Part shown: one piece after another, positions 14,790 through 27,471 of the stretch | How positions within the stretch are numbered: the stretch's first letter is position 1 | Layout of the letters: every line of letters begins with the position of its first letter | Source: Eledone cirrhosa | Taxonomy: Eukaryota | Direction: 5' to 3' | DNA length: 64,000 nt | Assembly (NCBI GenBank): GCA_964016885.1 | Contig: OZ024755.1 | Span: 11,532,001 to 11,596,000, forward strand | Notes under the pieces: generated by a model | The model's database searches: none | What the model saw: the letters and a program-made list of their open reading frames with translations, nothing else | What the model was told of the DNA's origin: nothing | Made by a program: the position numbers and the translations under genes

Positions 14790-15582
14790 ACCCGTCGTTG
14801 TCGACTTTATTTTATCGACCCCAGAAGGATAAAAGCAAAGTACCAGTCAAGTACTTAGGTTGATTTAACCGACTTTTCCGCTCCCCACCAAATTGATGGC
14901 CCTGTACCTAAATAAAAATCGCTATCATTATTATAAAGGTGGATTTGAACTCATCCACCTTTATAATAATTATTCTATTGTTTGGCACAAGGCCAGCAAA
15001 TACCCAGTACCCAGTACATTACTGGTACTTTATTTTATCGACCCCGTAAGGATGAAAGGCAAAGTTGACCTCAAATCCCGCCTAGGTTAACTTTGCCTTT
15101 CATCCTTACGGGGTCGATAAAATAAAGTACCAGTAATGTACTGGGTAATTGCTGGCCTTGTGCCAAACAGTAGAAACAATTATTATAAAGGTGGATGAGT
15201 TCAAATCCAGATGGGGTTAGCTTTGCCTTTCATCGATAAAATAATGTACCAGTAGCGTACTGGGGTCGATTTAATCGATTGCCTCTTCCCTTCAAATTGA
15301 TGGACTTGTGCCAAATGCAGACACAATTATTATAAATGTGGATTGTCAGAATCTTTACCGCATTGGACTGTGCTTTGAGGTATTTAGATACTACAATCCT
15401 TTGAGTTCAAATCCAGCCGATATCAGCTTTGCCGGTCATTCATCCGGAATCAATAGAATGACCGGTGTCTTTTATTAAGAAAATGTTCACGAATGGGTTA
15501 ACATCGGATATTACTGGAGTCGATATAATTGAGTTTCCTTCAACACAAATTGTGGACTTGTGTCTAAATTAGAAACCATTAT
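14790..15582. mobile_element. Cluster of family 1 SINE copies and fragments, including an inverted pair
   Basis: 14964-15071 (-) and 15072-15185 (+) form a palindrome; older copies at 15190-15332 and 15335-15582. Confidence 0.85.
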
Positions 15583-16202
15583 TTTCTTGCTGTTGATGTC
15601 GTAGTCATTGTTTTTGCTACTGTTGCTGCTGTTATCGCTGAGAGTGTGTTCTCTTAATTCCTGTCGCCAAATGCACTTAGAACAAGTATGAATGTCTAGT
15701 TGTCACATTTTTATGTTGTCACGAAATTAGGAAAACATTTTCAGTTTTTATGGTGATTGTTGTTATTTTCATTGGTATTTTTTCATTTCCGTCGTTAACC
15801 CTTTCGTGAACACATATTCTAATGAAATAAACTGTGCGTGAATTATTTAATGAAGGATTGGGTGGGCTTTTCTAAATTTATTGATTATTTCATTAGGATG
15901 GCATTTGTGACATAACCTTTGACAAAAGGCTTTTATATCGTACACTCGTTGGAAGATTTTAATCTAAAGAGGAACACTTTAATTTTTTTTTTCATAAAAC
16001 TACAAGTGGTTTTGGGCTTGGAGTTATTAACATAATTTCATCATACTTCATACACTTTACAAAAGCCTGATTACTTCGCCATCCTTGCAGAGTTTTTCCA
16101 ATAAAAAAATAACCTGTTGATAACTTTAATTAATAAAGAGTTTAAGAATTCTTAATGTTCATAACAATAACAAGTTGATAAAATAGTCTAATATAATCCG
16201 TT

Positions 16203-16365
16203 ATTATAATACTTTCTGATTTAGGCACAAGGCCAAACATTTTGGGGAGGGGAAAGTCGATTGAATTGACACAAATGTATGACTGGTACTTTATTTTATC
16301 GACCCCATAATGATGAAAAGCAAAGCTAACATCCACAGGATTTGAACTCAGATCGTAAAGGACCA
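16203..16365 (-). mobile_element. Diverged SINE family 1 (long subtype)
   Basis: GACTGGTACTTTATTTTATCGACCCC...GGATTTGAACTCAG. Confidence 0.8.
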
Positions 16366-16551
16366 TATTAGAATTCACTGTTGTGAGTGATTAGTTTAAA
16401 ATAATTACGCCGTTTCTCTGACTGCCGTAAGAGGCAACGAAATGTATTGGCGCCAGGGAGGGCATCTGGTTATAAACCATTGCCTAATACGAATCCGATG
16501 AGTATAAAGCTTGCTTTGTGCCTCAAAACGCTTATTATTTCATTATGGTTA

Positions 16552-16743
16552 TATAATTGTTTCTACTTTTAGACACAAGGCCAGCAATAACCCAGTGCAT
16601 TACTGGTACTTTATTTTATCGACCCCGTAAGGATGAAAGGCAAAGTCAACCTCGGCGGGATTTGAACTCAGATCGTAACGGGACGTAACTATGCTGGAAA
16701 GCATGGCGTCCGACCCTCTACGGATACTGCCAATCCACCGCCC
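16552..16743 (-). mobile_element. Full-length SINE family 1
   Basis: Complete body to CCAATCCACCGCCC; TSD TTATGGTTATATAAT. Confidence 0.92.
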
Positions 16744-17019
16744 TTATGGTTATATAATAAGCGGTTTTCTGTCTGTCAGGGGAAATACACTCGAGCTATT
16801 GGTATTGTTGCTGTGGGTGGTAATGTTAGTAGTGATAACATATATCGTGGCAAACTTTAGCTATAATTGTTGTTGTGGTGGTAATGATTGCGGTTGCGGC
16901 GGTGGTAATGATTGCGGTTGCGGCGGTGGTAGTGATCCTTTTTATCGTAGAAAACTTTAGCTATAGATACTGTTGCTGCTGCTGTTGTTGAGGTTGCGAT
17001 TTTGGTAACTTTTATCGTG

Positions 17020-18260
17020 GAGGATCAGGCTCAGAAGGATCAAGATCAGGAGGATCAATATTAGGATCAGGATGATCATGATCAGGAGGATCAGGAGCAG
17101 AAGAATCAGGATCAGGGTCAAAAGTGTCAGGATCGGGATCAGGAGGATCAGGATTAGGATCAAGAGGAACAGAATCAGGGGGGATCAGATTCATGAGGAT
17201 CAGGAGGATGAGGATAAGAAGGCTGAGGAGGATCAGGATTAGGAGGCGGAGGAGGATCAGAGTGAGGAGGATCAAAAGGATCAGGATTAGGATCAAGAGG
17301 AACAGAATCAGCAGGATCAGGATCAGGAGGATCAGAATTAGGAAGATAGGAGGATCAAGATCATGATCAGAATGATCAGGATCAGGAGGATCAGGATCAA
17401 GAGGATCAGGATCAGGAGGATCAGGATCAAGAGGATCAGGATCAGGAGGATCAGGAGCAGAAGAATCAAGATCAAGGTCAAAAGGGTCAGGATCAGGTGT
17501 ATCAGGATTAGGATGAAGAGGAACATAATGAGAATCAAGAGGATCAAAATCATGAGGATCAGGATAAGGAGGCTGAGGAGGATCAGGATTATGAGAATGA
17601 GGAGGATCAGGAAGATCAGATCAGCAGGAACAGGATCAGGGTCAGGAAGATCAGGTTCAGTATCAGGAGGATCAGGATCACGAGAATCAGGAGGATTAAG
17701 AAGATCAGGAGGATCAGGAAGATCAGGTTCAATATCAGAAGGATCAGGATCAGGAGGGTCACGATCAAGAATCAGAAGAATCAAGATTAGTATCAGGAGG
17801 GTCAGTATCAGGAGGATCAGTATCAGGATCCGGAGGATCAGGGTCACGAGGATCAGGTTCTGGAGCATCAGGATCAGTATCAGGATGATAATGATTAGGA
17901 TCCGGAGGATGAGGAGTATCATGATCAAGAGATTCAGGATCAAGAGGATCATGATCAGAAGGATCAGGAAGATCAGGTTCAGTATCAAGAGGATCCAGAT
18001 CAGGGTCAGCATCAGGATTAGGATGAGGATCAATATGATCATAATCAGGATTAGGAGGGTCCGGATCTGTCTCAGGTAGGTCAGGATGATCAGGATTAGG
18101 ATCAGGAGCATCAGCATCAGTATAAGGAACAGGATAAGAAGGATCAGGAGGATCAGGTGGATCAGGAGAATTAGGTTCAGGATCGAGATCTGATCGGGAT
18201 CATGATCCCGATCACGATCCGGATGGCCATGATCGGGATCTGGACCTGGATCGGGATTGC
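17020..18260. repeat. Degenerate (GGATCA)n hexamer satellite
   Basis: Direct reading; source of RIRI/ILIL/DPDP pseudo-ORFs. Confidence 0.93.
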
Positions 18261-19044
18261 GCTGAGGCCACGCTATCTCCAGGTATTCCTGACCGGGTCC
18301 ATCAAATAAAAAATGGTTCACCCAAATAAAATATGGATCCATCAAATAATAATCAACACCACCACCACCGCCACCACCACTACCACCTCCACAGACACCA
18401 ACAACAACTTTCTCCCCTCGATAAAGCCTTTTATTTCTCCCTCTATCGTCAATTCTGTGTTGATCTAATTCTGCATTTCTTATTTTTCCTTTTTTTAACC
18501 TCATTTATCTTCCTTTTCTATCTCTGTTCTCGTTTTTTCTTTCATTAATACAACAACAACAACAATATACAAGCAATTTCAACGGTAAAAGACTACAAAA
18601 TAAACAAAACCAAATAAATTACAAACAAAACGAAATTAATGAAAAGGAAAAATATATAAAAAGAAATATGTAAACTATGTATTTGATGAATTATATAAAT
18701 GATAGAGAGAGAGATGTCGAGATAGAGAGAGAGAGAGATATTGTAGAGAGAAAGAGAGAGAATAAAACGTATTCCATTCAAAATTCTATCTATCTGGTTA
18801 CTGTATTCATTCATCACACTGTCAATTTAGCTATTCAACTTTCTAGCGACCACAAGGACACAAGACTAATATGGACGTCAAATGTGTAAGGAACATATTG
18901 CAAAATGAGGAATAGACAATTTTTGTTCTCTCGTTTTATGAACATTTCTTTTTTTGCATGAGGCTATTATTATGCTGTAACGACGACGGTGTATCTCTTT
19001 TGTCCAATGGACTGTATGTATGTATGTATAAGTATATATATTTA

Positions 19045-19118
<74 letters not shown>

Positions 19119-19309
19119 GGTAGGTTTATACGTATGAGCATATGTGTGTGTGTATGTATATATGGGGATAGGTTTATATGTATGAGTATATGTATGTATG
19201 TAAGTAAGTAAGTAAGTATGTATGTGTGTGTGTATGTATATATGGGGATAGGTTTATATGTATGAGTATATGTATGTATGTAAGTAAGTAAGTAAGTATG
19301 TATGTATGT

Positions 19310-19541
19310 ATCGGGACGGAGATATATGCGAAAAATAAAGTGAAAACAACACAACAAAATGTAATACAAGGAAGATATATATTAGTATAACACTTGATAT
19401 AATAGGAAAAGAACATTAACGTTTCGGAAGTTGGTCATCATCAGAAGACAGAATGAGGAATAAAAAAGAAATACACAGATAAAGAGTGAGAAGAAAAAGA
19501 AACAGAAAAAAAATGTTTCTGAGTAAAAGTTCGTCTGTTAT

Positions 19542-19545
<4 letters not shown>
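19310..19545 (-). mobile_element. PLE-like remnant with minimal hammerhead core
   Basis: Minus strand CTGATGA-TGACCAACTTCC-GAAACGTT (19444-19418) between microsatellites; stems I and II are degraded. Confidence 0.45.
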
Positions 19546-19601
<56 letters not shown>

Positions 19602-20076
19602 TATATATATATGTATGTACACATACATACATACATACATACATACATAAATACATACATACATACATACACGCACATACATACACGCACATACATACAT
19701 ATATATATACGAATTTAATCGGAGTACTCAATGTATATAATTGTGTATCTGTCTATAATCAGTATGTATGTATGTAGATATGTATGTAGATATAATCCAT
19801 GAATGTCCTCCCATAATACAACAGTCGTTAAACTGGTTCTAAAGTAGGTTTTAAAACCGAAGAAAACATTTCTTCTTTAGAAATCCTTTGAGTAAGTGAA
19901 AGTTGACCGTTTGATCTCGACACTACCATAGTTCATAAAATAATTATTAACTTTACCACTAACAGGATATCTTAATAGTTTCTAATTTAGACACAAACCC
20001 AGGAATATTGGTGATAAAAGGAAAGTCGATAACACTTTACTGTTGTTTTTATTTTATGGAGTTCGATTTAAATAGG

Positions 20077-20310
20077 AGCTTAAGTATCTTGGGGCCGAGG
20101 CTGAATTAAATTCAAGAATTGCAGGAGTTAATGCAGTAATGTACCAGCTTTAACACTCGGACATCTAAAGAAGCCAAACTCACTACCTGCAGTTCAGTTT
20201 TCAAGCCTACACTTACCTATAGTCACGAATCTGCGGTAGTGACCGAAAATATAAGATCGCGAATACTAATGCTCGAAATGGGAATCCTCTGAAGCCCAGA
20301 GGTATATCAG
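20077..20310 (+). pseudogene. Degenerate RTE LINE post-RT region
   Basis: ELKYLG, AELNSRIAGVNAVMYQL, SKEAKL, VFKPTLTYSHES and TENIRSRILMLEMG match RTE ORF2 motifs, with frameshifts. Confidence 0.75.
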
Positions 20311-20369
20311 GGCGGATATTATTTCTATTTCATTATCACTAAGTGACTGAGATTACAAGTAGCTAGACC

Positions 20370-20526
20370 ATTGCAGGCTTAAACTCCAGTTAGCACTGGT
20401 ACTAATTTCCAGTTGAATGCACTGAAGCAACGTGAAATGAACTGATTCGCCCCAAAGCACAACGTATCATCCATGCCATTACGATCGTAAGTTCAAGACC
20501 CTAAATATTAGGCCACGCGCCTTCAC
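20370..20526 (-). mobile_element. Diverged SINE family 2
   Basis: GCAACGTGAAATGAA...GCCACGCGCCTTCAC is the reverse complement of the head at 38664. Confidence 0.7.
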
Positions 20527-20531
20527 ATTCA

Positions 20532-20582
<51 letters not shown>

Positions 20583-20633
20583 GTGAGAGAGAGAGTGAGA
20601 GTGTGTGTGGTGTGTGTCACAATCTGTGTATTA

Positions 20634-20689
<56 letters not shown>

Positions 20690-20728
20690 AAGAAAGAGAG
20701 AGAGAGAGAAAGAAAGAGAGAGAGAGAG

Positions 20729-20759
<31 letters not shown>

Positions 20760-21125
20760 AAGAAAGAGAGAGAGAGATAAAATGATGAGAAACGAAAGGA
20801 GCTGTGTGATTACTAAAAACAAGGTTTAGGATAGTGGTTTGGATGGAACAAGAGGAGAAAAGAAGAAAGAATCCATCGTCAGCTGTAAAACCGCGATCCA
20901 GATGTTTCGGCGCTTATTTACAGGACCTCTGTAGCGACCGGGTGCGCCCGAGGCCTTTTATTAATCAAAAGGGCAGGAGGAATAGAAGAGAAAAAGGAGA
21001 GAGAAAGGAAGGAAAAAGAGGGAAAAGAGGAAGAAGAACAAAGAGGAAAAGGTGGTGAGGAGAGAGGAAGAAAGAGAAAAGGGAAAAAAGGAGAGAAAAA
21101 ACACGTGAACAGATCCCATCGTGGG

Positions 21126-21178
<53 letters not shown>

Positions 21179-21709
21179 AAATATGTTAAAAATTCATTTC
21201 AGTTTATTATCATTACTGACATTAGTAAAGCTTTATGGCTTCATTTAGAAATCTAATCCTTGCCTCTTTCTTTCAACCATTCCACACAACCATTTTATTA
21301 TATTGGTTCTTTAGAACTAAGGACACAAACACATTATCAAAGGGAGCCATACTATAGTTCAGCAAATTAACTCTAATTATATTTATCGACGGTGAAAAGA
21401 TGAAAGACACCCCGTTGGGATTTGAACTCAAGACACGGAACCAATTACGAAGTGTAAAGCAACACCATTTGAAGACACTCACCTCCCATGAGCAAATATT
21501 TGGTTGTGCAGTTTCAGTATGGATGTGTAATAAATTTTTCTCCCAACAAAACATTACGTCTATATTTGTTAATCAAGAATGAATTAAAAATAAGCAGGAA
21601 GCTAGTTCAAGAAGGCAAAATTCTAACAAATATGTGCGCATATATATACATATATATGTGTGTGTGTCCTCGTTGATACCTTGGTCTCTCCATGAAATTT
21701 TCATGACAT

Positions 21710-21996
21710 TTTCAGGATTGGAGAGGTTAAGGGACATTGTCCGGAAAAGGAGACGGCGGTCCGCGGGCCACATCCTTCGTTTGTCGGCAGATCGACCTGC
21801 TCATATTGCCATGGATTGGGTACCAGAAGGTGGCAGGAGAGAACGGGGAAGACCACGAAAAACATGGCGGAGCAAATTCAGGGAGGACTTGCGGGAGATG
21901 GGAATTACCTGGAGAGGTGCTAGAAGGGCCGCCAGTGACAGGATCAAGTGGAGGAAGCTCGTCGCCCAATGTTCCACAAGGGACTGGAGGAACTTA
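21710..21996 (+). pseudogene. 5'-truncated RTE LINE 3' end
   Basis: RRRRSAGHILRL...DWVPEGGRRERGRPRKTWR...AASDRIKWRKLV, followed by an A-rich tail; close match to 31260-31445. Confidence 0.88.
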
Positions 21997-22085
21997 AAAA
22001 AAAAATAAAAAAAAAATGTGTGTGTGTGTGTGTGCCCCTCACTTTGAATTCATAGTCATGTGGAACTTTTTAGAAAATATGTATA

Positions 22086-22212
22086 TATATAAACCCGTAG
22101 AGCAAATATTATTATTAGTACAGATTAAAGTTTAAGCAAAGAATTGCTGCTTTCAGATGATCCCGTAATAGGTCGAAAGCACCGATTTTTGCATAAATCT
22201 TAATCTGTACTA
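22086..22212. mobile_element. Family A fold-back, diverged copy
   Basis: GTACAGATTAAAGTTTAAGCAAAG ... TTTGCATAAATCTTAATCTGTAC; plus strand CAGATGA-TCCCGTAATAGGTC-GAAAGCA. Confidence 0.7.
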
Positions 22213-22244
22213 CTACTACTACTACTACTAAAATAATAATAATA

Positions 22245-22431
22245 ATAATTGTTTCTACTTTAGGCACAAGGCCAGCAATCAGCCAATGCATTACTGGTAC
22301 TTTATTTTATCGACCCCGTAAGGATGAAAGGCAAAGTCAACCTCGGCGGGATTTGAACTCAGATCGTAAAGGGACGTAACTATGCATCAAAGCATGGCGT
22401 CCGACCCTCTACCGATACTGCCAATCCACCG
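22245..22431 (-). mobile_element. Full-length SINE family 1
   Basis: Complete body inserted at an (AAT)n run. Confidence 0.9.
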
Positions 22432-22925
22432 AGAGAGAGCCTCTAACATATTTTCGCTTCTCTGATGTTTTTTTTTTCACTGGAACACGTTTTCGCTGCG
22501 TATGCGCGTGCATATGAATTTGTCGATATACTTATGTATAGATATATATGATTCGTGTGTCTCACAGAACGGCACAATACTTCCCCCCCCAATAATTTAT
22601 TCTATATTACTGCAGCTTAACGAAAGAGTTACATTACATATCGTATTGCTACGATTATGAACGATAACTGATGGTTAAATAAGGTGCCAAGATAGATCAT
22701 GTCCATATACTTAAGTATCTCAAACACGTCTTACTTTAAAAAGAAGGGCCCTTTATTACTAGTTCGTGTCACTCAATATTTCCAACACAAATCCCTATTC
22801 AAATATGACAGCATAAGAGCTAACCAAGTATGAACAACGGCAATTTAAAAAGCGATATACACGTATGTGTATGTATGTAATAATTTCTCTCTCTCCCTCT
22901 TGTCATATATATATATATATATATA

Positions 22926-23340
22926 TACGATATATTAACAAATGGAAACTATATTTATAAAACCATATTTATTTCATTATACATATTTCAAGGACACCAA
23001 GTTAAATTATGGTGCGCTTTCATCAGATAAAATATAATATAGATCAGTTTTATAAATAAATATTGACATACCCTTAAAGAATGCGACCATTTCTGTTGGA
23101 AGCTCCAGGATAGTCAATATTTATTTATAAAACTGATCTATATTATATTTTATCTGATGAAAGCGCACCATAATTTGACTTGGTGTCCTTGAAATATGTA
23201 TAATGAAATAAATATGGTTTTATAAATATAGTTTCCATTTGTTAATATATCGTATTTTTACTCCAATAATTTGTTGAGTGCTTTATATCAGTTGTAAAAA
23301 TATTTGCTTGTTGTATCCCAACAATTTAAATAGAACTTCT
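22926..23340 (+). mobile_element. (TA)n-embedded fold-back element with two opposed hammerheads (family I)
   Basis: Arms 22926-23067/23113-23254 plus tail; second copy at 49316-49770. Confidence 0.88.
23146..23210 (+). ncRNA. Minimal type I hammerhead ribozyme
   Basis: Stem I TATTTTAT/ATGAAATA; core CTGATGA (23154-23160); stem II AAGCGCACCA/TGGTGTCCTT; GAAA (23191-23194); short stem III ATATGTAT; predicted cleavage after AUA at 23202. Confidence 0.8.
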
Positions 23341-23624
23341 ATATATATATATATATATAAAAACACATATACATACACACACATATATATATATATATAT
23401 ACACATTCTCATATATATACACATATGCATACACATATATACATACATATATACATACGTACATATACATACATATACGTACATATACATACATATATAC
23501 ATACACATACATACATACACACACACACACATACATTATCCTTACTCTCCTTCCTTTCATATTTCTCCTTGCAACCCTTTTCTCAATGTATTTGTATTTT
23601 GTATATAAACAAGTACATAGATAC

Positions 23625-24078
23625 AAGGAGAAAGGGAGAGCAAGGAGAAAAGGAGAGCAATGAGAAAAGGAGAGCAAGGAGATCAATGAGAAAGGAGAGC
23701 AATGAGAAAAAGGAGAGCAAGGAGATCAATGAGAAAGGAGAGCAAGGTGAGAAATGAGAAAACGAGAGCATGGAGAGCAATGAGAAAATGAGTGCAAGGA
23801 GAGCAATGAGAAAAGGAGAGCATGGAGAGTAATGAGAAAAGGAGAGCATGGAGAGCAATGAGAAAAGGAGAGCATGGAGAACAATTACGAAAGGAGAGCA
23901 AGGAGAGCAATGAGGAAAGGAGAGCAATGAGAGAAATGAGGAAAGGAGAGCAATGAGAGAAATGAGGAAAGGAGAGCAATGAGGAAAGGAGAGCAAGGAG
24001 AACAAGGAGAGAAGGGAGGAAAGGAGAGAAGGGAGGAAAGGAGAGAAGGGAGGAAAGGAGAGCAAGGAGAGAAGGGAG
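23625..24078. repeat. Purine-rich minisatellite (GAGAAAAGGAGAGCAAGGAGAGCAAT-like)
   Basis: Direct reading. Confidence 0.9.
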
Positions 24079-24411
24079 GAAAATGACTTTTCTTCCTTTA
24101 CAAACATCGAGTTTTCGTCTTTTATAACTCCAGGTACAAAAACTTTCTTCACGAGATTTTCTACCAGCACCGATTTCCTCGACAAAGACGCTTCAACGTG
24201 GAAGGATGATCCTGGTTACAAAAGTGTACTTGAAAAACTTGAGAAGACAGTTGTTGTGAATGATGTTGCAGAAAGAGGTGTCAAACTCATTCAGGATTAC
24301 AATAACATTCTCACAAAAAATGAAACCGAGAAACAATTTCTTTTATAGATCGTTACTGAAAACCGTACAACACACCCAGCTGCCATTAAATCCTCTCTTA
24401 TGCAAAAATAA
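24079..24411 (+). pseudogene. DNA transposase C-terminal fragment, probably hAT superfamily (hATm-like)
   Basis: Frame not in the ORF track: FLDKDASTWKDDPGY...VVNDVAERGVKLIQDYNNILTKNETEKQFLL*IVTENR, with one internal stop. The element appears to end at ...GGGCCACCCTA (24972), i.e. a TAGGGTG terminus. Confidence 0.78.
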
Positions 24412-24573
24412 TTGTTTCTACTTTTGGTACAAGGCCAGCAATTAATCCAGTGTATTACTGGTACTTTCTTTTATCGACCCAGTAAGGATGAAAGGCAAAG
24501 TTAACCTCGGTGGGATTTGAACTCAGACCATAAAGGGCCGAAACTCTTTGCTGCAAAGCATGGCATCAGACCG
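24408..24573 (-). mobile_element. SINE family 1 inserted at the transposase stop codon
   Basis: TSD TCTTATGCAAAAATAAT. Confidence 0.9.
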
Positions 24574-24972
24574 TCTTATGCAAAAATAATGTTCAATATT
24601 GAGTGTTTACATTATATTTTTGATTCTATAGAAATTATTGTTGTAAATAAAAAAGCGTTTCTCTTAAAGAAGTTTTTCATGTTATTTCAGGAATTTTTCA
24701 AATTAACTATTGGTTAATTTGATTCAGAACGTTTTTAAACATTTGCTGGGGTTGCCTGGATGTATCCACATAAATTTCTCTAAGAAGAAAAAAGAAAATA
24801 GTCGAGATAGGGAACAGTATACCGTTTTTGAACAAAATTAACCGTTTGCATATACTGTGTTCCAACTTCAAGGCGTTTAAGGGTCACCTAACAGTTGTCC
24901 GATTGAGCTGAAATTTTGCACATCCCGTGGGTTTGTTAATTGGAACAGGATTAGGTGTTAAGGGCCACCCTA

Positions 24973-25036
<64 letters not shown>

Positions 25037-26094
25037 ATGTATGTGTGTGCGTGAATACATTTATTAATATATATATATTATATATACGATATCATAATTT
25101 GAAAAAAATGGGAAAAATGAGCACGATTCTATTATTCAAAGGGGGTGAAAGTGTGCGCTTGCGTGAACACGTATCTATATGTGTGTTTCTGTATGTGTGC
25201 ATGCGCGCACATGAGTGTGCGTGTGTGTGTGTATGTTGATGTGTGTCTGTACATGTGAGCCCTTCAGTGTTTGGTTTAAGCGGTAATGCCTGCTTATACT
25301 ACCATATCAAAAATCAAGGGGAAATCCTAGAGAATTAGGTTTGGTAAATGTCTCTCTTGGAATTAGACGATTCCAGATGTTATTCTCTTCATCAACAGAA
25401 ACTCTTCTGCCAGAATCATCCAAAGACATCGAAATTTAATCTTTTACAATTAATATGAAGCCCCAAGCGAAACGGAACAGCATGACGATGAAGAAGTAGA
25501 AGAAATATATACACATATGTGTGTGTATATATATGTGTGTGTATGTATACATTCATGCATAAACACATGTGTGCATCTATGTATACACACATTCATACAG
25601 ACATGTGTGTAATGTGTGTGTATGTATATATATATATGCACACACACATATACATATATACACACCTCACTCACACCCACACACATAAAGACAATGCATA
25701 TATGTATGTATATATATATATTCGTATGTGTTTGTATGCAGTGCGTGTCCATGGATGTAGTTATGAGTGTGGAGATATATTTATGCATTTCCAGACTGAA
25801 AACTCCCCCACCTCATGTCTTCTCATGCTCCTTGTATCTCTCCCTCCATGTCTCTCTCACTCAGTCCCCTTTCTGTGTCACATCCCATTATAACACCCCC
25901 GTCCCCCAGACAATGTAAATGCCTTCAAACCGCACAAGCCCCTCTATATTCCCTTAAAATCCTTACATGAAAACGACTCTTGTGTAACACAATCTGCATG
26001 ATCAAATAGATTACTTACATGGACTGTTTGCTATGAGCGTGTTTATATAACGACATGCCATTCTCTGCTTTCCATGCATATATGTGTTGGATCT

Positions 26095-26370
26095 TCGTCG
26101 ATTCCGACGACGAGTGTTCCAGTGGTACGATCAGCCTGCTCGTCGAGTTAACGTACCATTGAATGAGTCTTCCACAGAAATAAGCATCCTGAACGCAGTT
26201 CTCAGGGAGATTTAGAGTGACACAACGGTTTACAAGATGTTCTCATTGAAATAGGAGTACAGCACATTGTTTTGCAGTTGAATACAATAAAAGTTCTTGC
26301 TCAAGGATACATTGCACTACCGAGCTTGAGAAAGTGAGCCGAACATCCCTAATCACTATGTCACACGTCT
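26095..26370 (-). mobile_element. Diverged SINE family 2
   Basis: CAGCCTGCTCGT...GTTCTCAGGGAGATT...TCTTGCTCAAGGATAC; similar segments at 53060-53200, 55290-55350 and 62575-62745. Confidence 0.65.
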
Positions 26371-26568
26371 CTATATTTTACTAAGTATGTGTTTATATAG
26401 TGACTTAAAAACATCTTTCTTTACATTTGCATGTGTGTAATCAGACGTGCTCGCATACAAACGCACACACACACACTCAATCACACCTACATGCCCATCA
26501 GACACATGTGTGTTTTATGTTTATACATCAATTATACATCACCGTCTAGAAATCTAGACGGTGATGTA

Positions 26569-26748
26569 TAATTGCTTCTACTTTGTGGCACAAGTCCAGA
26601 ATTTATCCAGTGCATTACTGGTACTTTATTTTATCGACCCCGTAAGGATGAAAGACAAAGTTAAACTCGGCGGGATTTGAACTCAGAATGGAAAGGGCCG
26701 TAACTATGCGTGAAAGCATGACGTCCGACCCTCTACCGATACTACCAA
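26569..26748 (-). mobile_element. SINE family 1
   Basis: Family body; 3' end abuts a perfect hairpin at 26529-26574. Confidence 0.9.
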
Positions 26749-27240
26749 TAATGTAAGTCCAGATTTCATCACTCTGATATAACAGGAGCAGCTCCGAAAA
26801 CAGATATCAAGCGCCAACACACCACACATTTTGTATACTAAAAATCAAGACAATTTGGTCAAAGAATAGATCAATATATCATTATAAGAACCATAAAAGA
26901 ATACACATTATCTATAGCCTTTAATCACATACTCACAGTTAGAACATACTATAAACCACACATGAACAACACCAGCAAGAGAAAACCGCAAAGCGTACTG
27001 CAGTTCGAAATTATAATAAACAAATTTCATTGTATATTTATAAACCTCATGCCACACACTGTTAAGATGGTCATACAAACATGATGCTTTCTTGTAAACT
27101 AACCATGCACTTACAACTATGAGAACATATATAACAACATGACCCTTTCGAAATATAACAATATTTGTTTCAACACAGGATTTCATACGAAAAACCTTGC
27201 AAAACAAATTTACCGCCGTATATATATATATATATATATA

Positions 27241-27450
27241 TGAGAGAAAAACCACAGACCCTCCATCTCAACTCTACTTTTGAAAAGCAGAAGAACTGCG
27301 AAACCGGTAAAGGAACCAAATAAATACATATACATTTTTTTAAAAATAAGACTCCAATTGCATTTTCGATTTCATCGTTTTTCTTTATACTTTCACTCGT
27401 GTAGGACACCTCGGTTATTTTTCATTTTGTAAAAAAACCTCACTTTCTAA
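27241..27450 (+). mobile_element. TA-flanked element with variant hammerhead-like motif
   Basis: CTT-TTGAAAA-GCAGAAGAACTGC-GAAA-CCGG-TA-AAG at 27277-27312. Confidence 0.45.
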
Positions 27451-27471
27451 TATATATATATATATATATAT

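Noticed and set aside
16957-18504. Arg-Ile, Ile-Leu and Asp-Pro repeat ORFs (protamine-like appearance)
   Set aside because: Products of the (GGATCA)n satellite.
20876-20912. Minus-strand GAAA...CTGACGA as a type II hammerhead
   Set aside because: Stems II and III do not pair.
23583-24185. Hydrophobic membrane-protein-like ORF
   Set aside because: Antisense translation of the purine minisatellite and the transposase remnant.
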